Below, piece after piece: positions 35,101 to 43,800 of a stretch of 64,000 nt of DNA. Position numbers and translations under genes: made by a program. Under the pieces are notes generated by a model. It saw only the letters and a program-made list of their open reading frames with translations, had not been told where the DNA came from and ran no database searches. How positions within the stretch are numbered: position 1 is the stretch's first letter; each line of letters opens with the position of its first letter. Source of the DNA: a virus; IMG/VR virus record IMGVR_UViG_3300049811_000692, positions 1 to 64,000 of that record; one strand, written 5' to 3'.

Positions 35101-37604
35101 TGCCCCCGTCGCGCCGGCCCATGAGCTTCGGAGAGTTCCTGTCGCTCGGCATCCGGACCTCGCCGCGGCCGGCGGCCGCCGCGCCCCCGACGCCGCTCTC
35201 TTCGCTCCTGCCGGGCTTCATCGGCTCGGCGGCGGCGGCGACGCTCGACGGGGGAGAGCCCATCGTCATCGCGCGCGGCCCCGCGCCCCGCCCCGCGCCG
35301 CCGGTCCCGACCTTCCCGCGGCTCGAGCCGGCGCCGCGTCCGGCCGACACGCTGATCGCGCCACCTCCGCCCCCGGCGCCGCCGCGCCCCGCGCCGCCCG
35401 TGGCCGCGCAGCCGAGCGGCGGCGCGCTTCTGGACCGCCTCGGGCTCGACATGGGGGTGCCGGTGCTGGCGACGCCCGCAGGCCCGCCGCCGACGCTGCC
35501 GCTCACCCTCCCGGGGCTCCCGCCCCAGCCGCGCCGCTCGGTGGCGGCCGACCCCGGCGTGCGGCCGAACAGCCCGCTCCTCGCCGATCTCCGAGGCGTC
35601 GCCCCGGCGGCGCCGCCGCCCCCGCCCGCGCTGACCCCGAGCATGGACCCGCCGGCGCGCCGGGATACGGGCGTGCCGCCCGTCGCCTGGCCCTCGCTCA
35701 CGTCGCCGGCCGCGCTGCCCGTGCCGCCACCGCCCGCCCCGGCGCCCCGCGCCCCGGACCCGCTGTTCGATTCTCGGTCCTGGTCGCCTCCCGCCCCGGT
35801 GCCCGCGACGCCGATCGTCACCCCCGAAGCGGTGGCCCTGCCGCAACGCGGCGGCTGGACCTCCATGACGCGGCCGGCGCCGATCCCGAACAACACGCCC
35901 TTCGATCAAGGGTTGGACCGCCAGGCCGCGCAGCTGGGCGCCGCGCGCGCCCTGGATGCGGCACAGCAGGCCGAGGCGCAGGCGCAGGAGCGGACCCGCC
36001 GCTTCGAGCAGTCGATCCAGCTCGACCTGCCAGAGACGCCGCTGCGGATCGGACGCTTCGAGCCCCCAGGCCGCTACCGCGCGACGCGACCCAACGCGGT
36101 CGGCGTGCCCGAGATCGAGATCGTCCAGCCGCGCCAGGGCCGACCGCTGGGACCTCAGTCGGGCGACGTGACCGAGCTGCCCCCGGAGCGCGCCGTTGGG
36201 CGAGGCGGCGGCGGCGCGCCGGCACGCCCGAGCTACGACTTCGCCGCGGTCGAGGAGTTCGTGCGCTCGGGCCGCCCCGTCAGCCGCGACCGCCTGGCCG
36301 ACTACGAGCTGCAGCGCCGCGTCGGCGGCCAGGTTCAGGCGGTGGCCGGACTGACCGGCGAGCAGCGCGAGGGTCTGTTCGCCGAACGCCTTCAGCAGGA
36401 GGCGGCCCGCTCGCTGGAAGCCTTCGTGCAGCAGCTCGTCCGGGGCAACGCGGCTCAGGAGGACGCGATCAAGGTCATCGGCGCGCGCAGCGAGGCCGAG
36501 CGCGAGGCGATGACGGCGACCAACCAGGCGCGCCAGCAGGCCGAGACGCTGCGCGCCAACGCCCGCGCGCTGCCTGAAGGGAGCGCCGCGCGCGGGGCGC
36601 TGGAGGCCGCGGCCGGGGATCTCGAGCCGCGCGCACGCCGCCAGGTGTTCAACCGCCAGATCGCCCGCGCGGACGCGCGGATCGGCGAGCAGGAAGAAGA
36701 CCTGCAGGACGCCCGGGCGCTCGGGGATGCGTGGTTCATGACCAACACCGAGCGAGCGCGCCTCGCTGGGCGGCTGGGGGCGCGCCGGCAGGCCGAGCGG
36801 ACCATCATCGCCGGCGAGGACGACGGGGCGCGCGGGCAGCGCATCCTGCGCGCCGAGGAGGTGGCGGGCGCGCGCTCGGCCATGGACGAGCTCGAGCGGC
36901 AAAACCGGCTGGTCCGCGACTCCTTCCTCGACATCAACAGCGCCGCCGGCGCGGCGCTCAGCCAGATCATCGTGCGGGGCGGGAACGCCAAGCAGGTGAT
37001 GGCGGCGGTCCTGGCCGACTTCGCCTCCATGGGCATCCGCCGCGCCACCGCCTCGCTCGGCGAGGAGGCATTCTCGGCCATCGGCAAGCTGATCACCGGC
37101 CGCAGCGCAGATGGGCCGGCGCGAGGCGGCTTCGACGGCAGCGTCGCCTCCGCGGCGGCCGTCGCGGGCGGCGCGACCGAGAGCGCGGCCAGCGGCGCGA
37201 CCAGCCTGATCGGCACCGCGCTTTCCAGCATCGGCAGCCTCTTCGGCTTCGCGCAGGGTGGCGTGATCCGCCCCATGGCCCAGGGGGACATCCTCTTCGC
37301 GCCGACCTACAAGGCGATGGCCAACGGCGACACGGCGCTCATGGCCGAGGCCGGCCCCGAGGCGGTGCTGCCCCTGCGCCGAGACGCGAACGGCAACCTC
37401 GGCGTGGTCGCCGCCGGCGGCGGCGGCGGCGGGAACGTCATCAACATCACCGTCCAGGGCGGCAGCCGCGGCCCGGCGCAGGACCGCGAGCAGGCCGCCG
37501 CGATCGCCGACGCGGTGACCCGCGCGCTTGATGAGCGCCAGCGCCAGACCATGTTCGAGGAGATGCGGGTGGGGGGCATGTTCAACCCGCTCCATGGCGG
37601 GTGA
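32148..37604 (+). CDS. Tape measure protein with phage-tail lysozyme domain
   Basis: N-terminal LSFTIDSSQ; ESSFNPRAVGDNG.SYGLLQW.G.R (about 34450-34830); C-terminal FAQGG...MAEAGPEAVLPL.R...G.LGV. Confidence 0.9.
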   Translation: MIQEAAALSFTIDSSQAAKAGEALDQLTKQAGLSATSTKELAAQARDSQLALQQFAQQATLVEAGLRQAGGGIDYLVQRVQVLTREMGLFQATSRDMQVALNQLAAAGQLFGTTAGGIEAFARVSRTVGQNSIEMTQSLQRITQALDGVTLSGQRARSVLENYGVQVEGRPTEDAADILKEYVAARRRFQPDSRRNEDDWAVLGPVSIETLAAMNQPAFRSIEQERRSMEDSVATRRVLAQQEATASREARTGVRAQQYDDLAQEFYRGGMERFLPGYRPTREELERRAEAPNAQPRSQAYTFEQRADGTVGTRRDSRASRYLDAEGRPLTGPEYEAAVRAGQEVQRNPEFDMMNRVMQPFREMGAAFRWLADPRFAENQREIRSRFNEAAQRAGEGTAEDVWAFASGEMWSRSFGDMGRNLRGNYVPAPGAPARETSYRTGDLLQQTRIMESQIGQSPMELANRSFLLQAARSFGNINLEGAETLSAEQLLARFPDEAGPGAVGGLSPREVVRRNRAARDNAAVADNDRARDDRDLMRRAQMGQITPADLPRRTVTIGATDTQEEISLESLGFTETSSAQARQRLQQLAQAVLRVRATIETEGKQVEELLKTLAEVDRQREAEIGLQVEGTTRRMDFRERMRSTLTDASPGRQFENLYQSTRATVLEETGSPILANTRALEALTEAVIQMERLYNRMIEETRQDTRQSAGWTNFLLGGPRPAFEGTDDPNDVLARYGGGAGGRGGPPLTDGGTAAAPTGARRQAGQEIAAELQGYGVPRTMAVAMVAQVDVESSFNPRAVGDNGASYGLLQWQGERRRRFEQVVGGPIERSTRSQQVQFLAYEAGYPDAIPGAPPSTEARNTESARRETVPDRAAAALSRDFVRPFKVYEEQVTRGRRANAWNTVIPDEGADPARVGPVNLVVRLPGEVEPRERLGREAGVALPLPPPPRPPAAGPGQQLRERWEESNFGPMADRQEAQDPATVPPSRRPMSFGEFLSLGIRTSPRPAAAAPPTPLSSLLPGFIGSAAAATLDGGEPIVIARGPAPRPAPPVPTFPRLEPAPRPADTLIAPPPPPAPPRPAPPVAAQPSGGALLDRLGLDMGVPVLATPAGPPPTLPLTLPGLPPQPRRSVAADPGVRPNSPLLADLRGVAPAAPPPPPALTPSMDPPARRDTGVPPVAWPSLTSPAALPVPPPPAPAPRAPDPLFDSRSWSPPAPVPATPIVTPEAVALPQRGGWTSMTRPAPIPNNTPFDQGLDRQAAQLGAARALDAAQQAEAQAQERTRRFEQSIQLDLPETPLRIGRFEPPGRYRATRPNAVGVPEIEIVQPRQGRPLGPQSGDVTELPPERAVGRGGGGAPARPSYDFAAVEEFVRSGRPVSRDRLADYELQRRVGGQVQAVAGLTGEQREGLFAERLQQEAARSLEAFVQQLVRGNAAQEDAIKVIGARSEAEREAMTATNQARQQAETLRANARALPEGSAARGALEAAAGDLEPRARRQVFNRQIARADARIGEQEEDLQDARALGDAWFMTNTERARLAGRLGARRQAERTIIAGEDDGARGQRILRAEEVAGARSAMDELERQNRLVRDSFLDINSAAGAALSQIIVRGGNAKQVMAAVLADFASMGIRRATASLGEEAFSAIGKLITGRSADGPARGGFDGSVASAAAVAGGATESAASGATSLIGTALSSIGSLFGFAQGGVIRPMAQGDILFAPTYKAMANGDTALMAEAGPEAVLPLRRDANGNLGVVAAGGGGGGNVINITVQGGSRGPAQDREQAAAIADAVTRALDERQRQTMFEEMRVGGMFNPLHGG

Positions 37605-37607
37605 GCG

Positions 37608-37640
37608 CTTGACCAAGCGGCGCCTCGCGCCGCCATCGTG
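37608..37640 (+). promoter_or_regulatory. Putative late promoter CTTGA-N16-GCCGCCATCGTG
   Basis: Intergenic between TMP and gpM-like gene. Confidence 0.65.
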
Positions 37641-37670
37641 GGGTGACCCCATGGAAGCGGCCAAGCCCCG

Positions 37671-38108
37671 ATGACCGTCTCGACCAACGGCGGCCTCGTC
37701 ACCATCAGCGGCGACGGGGTCGCCACCTGGACCGGCAACACCCCCATCACCATCGGTGGCCAGCCGGTCTGGACGCCGCCGGTCGCGCCCGACCCGCCCG
37801 TGATGATGGACGAGACTCCGGCAGCGAACCGCTTCTCCTTCGGAGACGGCTACAGCCAGGACGCGCCCCGCGGCCTCAACTCGATCCCGTCCAAGGTCAC
37901 GATCTCGTTCTCGAACCTCTACACCTCGGACAAGGACGCCATCCTCCAGTTCCTTCGCGCACGGAAGGGCGTCGAGCCGTTCTGGTGGCAGCAGCCGAAC
38001 GAGCAGATGCGGCGCTGGGTCTCGCCCTCCTGGAACGTCGAGCAGCAGGGCTGGGATCGCTGGCGCGTCACCGCGCGCATCGAGCGCAGCGTGAAGCCGG
38101 GCACCTGA
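37671..38108 (+). CDS. Minor tail protein (lambda gpM-like, distal tail)
   Basis: FGDGYSQ....GLN, FL.ARKG...F.W..P. Confidence 0.88.
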   Translation: MTVSTNGGLVTISGDGVATWTGNTPITIGGQPVWTPPVAPDPPVMMDETPAANRFSFGDGYSQDAPRGLNSIPSKVTISFSNLYTSDKDAILQFLRARKGVEPFWWQQPNEQMRRWVSPSWNVEQQGWDRWRVTARIERSVKPGT

Positions 38109-38109
38109 C

Positions 38110-39381
38110 ATGGTCGTCTATCGCAACCGGCGGGCCCAGGAGCTCGCGGCCGAGGAGCTGATCGACCTCTACGAGCTCGACGCGAGCAAGTACGGGGGCG
38201 GGCTGCGCTACTGGACCGCCGGCCCGATGGGCGAGGGCGCGCTGAACCTGTGCTGGAACGCGCAGACGAATGTCTCGGCGGCGGGGTGGTCGGCGAACGG
38301 GACGCCCGCCTACTTCGGCCCGGCCCGCCTCGATTCGATCGGCTCCAGCTACGTCTTCCAGCCGGGCAACCTTGCGGCGCGGTGGTCCTCCATCCCCGCC
38401 GACGTGTTCTACCGCGCGAGCTGGCTCGAGGAGACCAACATCGCGCCCGGGATGTGGGCGCAGGCGAGTGCCTTCGTGGCCGTCCACCGGGCCCGCATTC
38501 GCGTGACCATCGAGTTCCTCCAGGGCGGCTCGGTCATCCAGACGGCGAGCTCCCCCATCCTGCGATGGCCGAACAACGGCATGGGCACCAATTTCACTGA
38601 GCTGCGGCTGTACACGCCGCTCTTCGTGGAGGCGGTCGCCCCGGCGGGCGCCGAGAAGGTGCGCTTCTGCGTCGAGGTGAGCGGCCCAAACGCCGGCTCG
38701 GTGGGCACCAACTCCTACGCCTGGTTCACGCAGCCGGTCTTCGCGATCACGCCCATGCAGGTGAAGCGCGCCCTGGCCTTCACGCCGGGCACGAAAGGCA
38801 GCCAGGTCCGCTTCAACGGCATCACCTATCAGCCCGTGCCGGTGCGGCTCGAGGGGCTCCAGAAGCGCGGCCGCGGCCCCGTCCCGCGCCTCACCGTCGT
38901 GGTGCCGGACGTGGACAAGCTGATGACCATGCTGCTCGCCACTTACGGCAACCTGCTCGGCTGCAAGATCACCCGCCGCCAGGTGTTCCGCTCGGCGCTC
39001 GACGACGGCGAGAACGCCGACCCGACCGACTTCTTCGGGCCCGAGATCTTCTACATCGACCGGATCGTGCGCCACTCGCCCGGCCAGGAGGTCGTCATCG
39101 AGTGCGCCTCGCCCCTCGACATTCAGGGGACGATGCTGCCGGGGCGGCAGATGGTCCGCGACGTGTGCAGCCACACCTACCGGCTCTGGAACGGCGCGAC
39201 CTTCGCCTATGGCTCCTGCCCCTACGCCGGCGGGGCCATGTTCCGCGCCGACAACTCCGTGACGGGGTCGGTCGCGGAGGACCGCTGCGCCAAGAGCCTC
39301 AACGCCTGCCGGCTGCGCTTCGGGACGTCGGCGCCGCTGCCGTTCCGCGGCTTCCCCGGCATGGGACGGAGCCGCCTCTGA
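38110..39381 (+). CDS. Minor tail protein L (lambda gpL-like) with inserted domain
   Basis: IDLYELD, G..Y...P, F.IDR, ASPLD......P.RQ, C..YR, CPY.G, D.C.K.L..C.LRFG...LPF.GFPG. Confidence 0.88.
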   Translation: MVVYRNRRAQELAAEELIDLYELDASKYGGGLRYWTAGPMGEGALNLCWNAQTNVSAAGWSANGTPAYFGPARLDSIGSSYVFQPGNLAARWSSIPADVFYRASWLEETNIAPGMWAQASAFVAVHRARIRVTIEFLQGGSVIQTASSPILRWPNNGMGTNFTELRLYTPLFVEAVAPAGAEKVRFCVEVSGPNAGSVGTNSYAWFTQPVFAITPMQVKRALAFTPGTKGSQVRFNGITYQPVPVRLEGLQKRGRGPVPRLTVVVPDVDKLMTMLLATYGNLLGCKITRRQVFRSALDDGENADPTDFFGPEIFYIDRIVRHSPGQEVVIECASPLDIQGTMLPGRQMVRDVCSHTYRLWNGATFAYGSCPYAGGAMFRADNSVTGSVAEDRCAKSLNACRLRFGTSAPLPFRGFPGMGRSRL

Positions 39382-40115
39382 TGTTCGACCGCGCCATCAT
39401 CGACGCCATCAAGGAGCACGCCGCATCCAGCCTGGACCGGGAGGTCTGCGGGCTGGTGACGGCCGCGGGCTACGAGCCGCAGGAGAACCGCCACCCCGAG
39501 CCGGAGATGAACTTCGAGATGGGGCGGGAGGCGGCGGAGCGGATCGCCGCCGGCGAGGTGCTGGCCGTGGTCCACAGCCACACCGAGCGCGGCTACGACC
39601 ACCCTTCGATCATGGACCAGGAGCAGGCGCTCGCCATGGCCGTGCCGTGGGGCCTGTGCATCATCCGCGGCGGCACGCCATCGGAGCCGTTCTTCTGGGG
39701 CGAAGGCGTCCCGCCGCAGCCCTTCCTCCCGCGCGATTTCCGGTGGGGGCCAGAGGGCACCGATGGCCGCGGCGACTGCTTCGCCCTGGTGCGCGCCTGG
39801 TATGCCGCGCGGCGAGGCCTGGTGATCCCCGATGTGCCGCGCGACGAGACCTGGGAGAGCGAAATGCCGGATGCCTACGTGCTGGGCTGGCAGCGCGCGG
39901 GCTTCCAGCGAGTTCCGATCACCGACCTGCAGCCGGGCGACGGGGTGCTCATGGCCATCAACAGCCGGCGCGCCGCCCCGAACCACGCGGGCATCTACCT
40001 CGGGGACGAGATGATCCTCCACCACCTGCTCAACCGCCTGGCCGAGCGGACGCCAATCGGCTTCCTGCACCGCTCGATCGTCGCGTGCCTGCGTCCGCCG
40101 GAGGTCGCCCCATGA
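39381..40115 (+). CDS. Tail assembly protein K (JAB + NlpC/P60)
   Basis: EVCGL, VVHSH......PS..D, DCFALVR.WY, PGD, NHAGIYLG...ILHH. Confidence 0.92.
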   Translation: MFDRAIIDAIKEHAASSLDREVCGLVTAAGYEPQENRHPEPEMNFEMGREAAERIAAGEVLAVVHSHTERGYDHPSIMDQEQALAMAVPWGLCIIRGGTPSEPFFWGEGVPPQPFLPRDFRWGPEGTDGRGDCFALVRAWYAARRGLVIPDVPRDETWESEMPDAYVLGWQRAGFQRVPITDLQPGDGVLMAINSRRAAPNHAGIYLGDEMILHHLLNRLAERTPIGFLHRSIVACLRPPEVAP

Positions 40116-40867
40116 ACACGATCTGCCTCCATGGCGCGCTGCGGAAGCGCTACGGCGCCTCGTTCACGCTCGACGTGAAGACGCCGGCCGAGGCCGTGCG
40201 GGCGCTCGGGGTCCAGCTTCCGGGCTTCCTCGATGCCATCCGGGCGGGCGCGTGGCGCGTGGTGCGCGGCCCCCTGCGCGGCGGGCGCCGGCTGACGCCC
40301 GGCGAGCTCAACGTGAACCTCGGGGGCGAGATGCACATCCTGGCGGCGCCCAAGGGGGCGGGCGGGCGCGGGACGGGCAAGGTGGTGCTGGGGACCGTCC
40401 TGCTGGTCGCGGCGGTGGCGCTGGTCGCGCTGGCGCCGGTGGGCGCTGCGGCCGTCACCGGCGCGGCAGCCGCGGAGGTCGGCGCCATCAGCGGCGCGGG
40501 CCTTGGCACCAGCATCGGCTTCGGGATTGGCGCGGTCTCGGCGGGCAAGATCGCGCTCTTCGGGGCCGCGATGGTCTTCGCCGGCGTCTCCCAGATGCTC
40601 GCGCCGGCCCCCAAGCCGCCGCAGGCCATGGGCCCGTCGCAGCGCGACGAGGGCAGCTACCTCTTCAGCGGCGCGGGCAACACCGGCGTGCAGGGCGGGC
40701 CAGTGCCGCTCCTGTTCGGCAAGACGGTCTGCGGCGGCAAGCTCGTCTCCATGTCGGTGGACGTGGTGGACATCGGCCAGGCGCCGCCCGACGCGCCGGC
40801 CAGCCCGGTCACCGGCGTGGCGTACGGCAGCACCGTGTACGTCCCCTACGAGTACAACGGGGCGTAG
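40112..40867 (+). CDS. Tail assembly protein I
   Basis: I.LHG.L..RYG, TPAEAVRAL, GVSQMLAP.P, SYLFSG..N...QG.PVPL.FG. Confidence 0.9.
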   Translation: MNTICLHGALRKRYGASFTLDVKTPAEAVRALGVQLPGFLDAIRAGAWRVVRGPLRGGRRLTPGELNVNLGGEMHILAAPKGAGGRGTGKVVLGTVLLVAAVALVALAPVGAAAVTGAAAAEVGAISGAGLGTSIGFGIGAVSAGKIALFGAAMVFAGVSQMLAPAPKPPQAMGPSQRDEGSYLFSGAGNTGVQGGPVPLLFGKTVCGGKLVSMSVDVVDIGQAPPDAPASPVTGVAYGSTVYVPYEYNGA

Positions 40868-40870
40868 CCG

Positions 40871-43800
40871 GTGGACGGTCCTCCTCCCATCGTGCGCGGC
40901 GAGGGCGGCAAGAAGTCCGCCCCGGTCGTCACGCCGCCGCCCGTCGAGGCCCCGAACAGCCTGCGCGCGCGCTCGCGGATCCGGGCGCTCTTCGCGCTGA
41001 GCGAGGGGCCCATCGCCGGCTTTTCGAACGTGCTGCGCCAGATCTATCTCGACGGCGTCCCGCTGGTGGACGCGAACGGCAAGACGAACTTCGAGGGCGT
41101 GACGGTCGAGACCCGCAACGGGGACGCGACGCAGCCGCCCTTCAACGACTTCCCGGTGGCGGAAGACACCTTCGCGGTCAGCGTGAAGGTCGAGCAGGCC
41201 GCGACGCCGCCGGTCCGGACGCTCGACTGCACGGCCCGCGACCGCATCCGCGTCATCGTCCAGGTGAGCGCGCTCTACCTGATGGACGACAAGGGGAACA
41301 TCGGCACCAACCGCGTCGAGTGGGCGCTCGACTGGCGCATCGCCGGCGGCGGAGGCTGGGTCCAGCTTCACGCCGGCGCGATCGACGGCAAGTGCATGTC
41401 GCCCTACCAGCGCGCGGTCACGCTGCCGGTGCCCCACAACGGGATGATCGAGCTCCGGCTGAGGCGGGTGTCTCCGGACCCGGCCGACAGCAAGAACCAG
41501 AGCGAACTGTTCTGGGTCAGCTACGCCTCGATCCTCGACCAGAAGCTCACCTACCCCGGCACGGCGCTGGTCGCGATCGGCTTCGACGCGACGAACCAGG
41601 GCGGCACCATGCCGCAGGTCACCTTCGAGCCGGATGGCGGAATCCTGTGCGAGGTGCCGGTCAACTACAACCCAGCGACCAGGGTCTATACCGGCATGTG
41701 GGACGGGACCTTCAAGAAGGCCTGGACCGACAACCCCGCCTGGATCTTCTGGACGCTCGCGACCAACCCGGACTGGGGCGGTGGAGCGGCTCTCTCGGCG
41801 GGCCTGACGTCGCCGGCGGCGGCCTACTCCGCGGCCACCGGGCTGGTGGACAAGTGGGCCCTCTACACGATCGGCCAGTACTGCGACGAGTTGGTTCCGA
41901 ACGGCCTTGGCGGAACGGAACCGCGCTACCGGTTCAACGCCTGGATCGATCGCGCTGACGAGGCGTACCGGGTGCTGCAGGCCATCGCCGGCGTCTTCCG
42001 CGCGATGGTGTATTGGGGCCGCGGCCAGATCGTGCCCGTGGCGGACATGCCCCGGAACCCGGTCAAGCTGGTCAGCAAGGTCAACGTCATCAACGGCGCG
42101 TTCGAGTACTCCGTCGCCTCCCTGCGGGCGCGGCACTCGGTCGTGCGGGTCCGCTGGCGCGATCCCGCGCTCCAGTACCGCGAGAACGTCGCGGTGGTGG
42201 AGGACGCGGACATGATGGCCGAGATCGGCGTCCGGCCGATCGATTACGAGGCGCTCGGCTGCACCTCGCTCGCCCAGGCGATCCGCATGGGCAAGTGGGT
42301 GCTCTACACGGAGAAGTACGAGAGCGGGTTGCTGACCTACCGGGCCGCGCTCGACCACATCACGGTCGCGCCCGGCGAGGTGATTGCGGTCCAAGACGAG
42401 GACCGGGCCGGCGTCGCCTTCTCCGGGCGCTTGGCGCGCAGCCGCCTCTCTACGACCTACGTTCAGCTGGATCGCCCTGTGACCCTGGTTGGCGGCCAGA
42501 CCTACAGCCTGCGGATCGTGTACGAGGACGGGACGCTGAGCGCGCTCCTGCCCATCACCACGCCCGCCAGCACGACGGACACGCTGACCCTGGGGACGGC
42601 GCTGGCGCAGAATGTCCTGCCCGAGGCGGTGTGGATGATCTACGCCTCGAACATCGAGCCCGAGACCTATCAGGTCGTCCACATCGAGGAGCAGCAGGAC
42701 GGCTCCTTCGAGGTGTCGGCGCTGCGGCACCACGCCGGCAAGTTCAACTACATCGAGCTGGGCTGGGCGCTGCCGGGGCGCCCAGAGACGATGTACCCGA
42801 CGAACGTCGGGGCGATGAGCTCGCCGACCAACCTCGTCATCCGCGAGTACCTCACGGGCGTGGGCGGCACGCCGCTGGTGCGGGTGGTGTTCTCCTGGTC
42901 CTTCGTCACCGACCCGCGGGTGGTGGCCTTCGAGGCGCGCTGGATCAAGGGCGGGATCGTCTCGCCGGTGCAGACCGTCACCGAGACGAGCGTCGAGTTC
43001 GCGGACCTGGTGCCCGGCACCTACAGCTTCCAGGTGCGCGCGCTGGGCGGGGCCGGCAACGCCTCGGCGTGGGTGACGCTGGACAACCAGGCGGTGGACG
43101 GCCAGGCCGACCCACCGGCGCCGCCCAGCGCTCTGCAGCTCCTCTCCGGCATCCGTAACGTGCAGGTGAACTGGACCCGGCCGGCCGGGCTCTACACCCG
43201 CAACTTCGAGGTCTGGGCGGCGACGACCGGCTTCAACAACCTGGCGAACGACGCGACCACGAACATCGGCTCGGCGCCGGCGTTCGGGGCGTTCTCCAAG
43301 ATCGGGGACACGGACGGCACGAGCTTCGTCCACGCCGACCTGCTGCCGTCGCACGTCTGGTGGTACATGGTCCGGACGATCGACGTCTTCGGCCAGTGGA
43401 GCACCTTCGTCGGCCCGGCCGGCGTGCGGACCTCGCAGCTGGTGGCGGCGGACATCCGCGACGGCATCATCAACACCGCGAAGTTCGCCTCGAGCATCAG
43501 CCCCGTGGGGCTGGTGACGTCGGGCGGCGTTCCGGCGTCGAAGGCCGAGGACGTGATCTACCACACGCCCACGAACCGGCTGTACCGCTGGGACGTGGGC
43601 GCCGCGGCCTACGTGGCGGTGGTGCGGACGTCGGAGCTCGACGGCGCGCTGGCGGCGACGAACTTCCCGACCGGCCTGCGCCCCGTCGAGGTCGTATCCT
43701 CGCTCCCCTCGACGGGCAACTTCGAGGGCCGGGTGGTGATGCTGACCACCGACGACAAGCTCTACCGGCACAACGGGACGGCCTGGATCTCGACCGTGGC

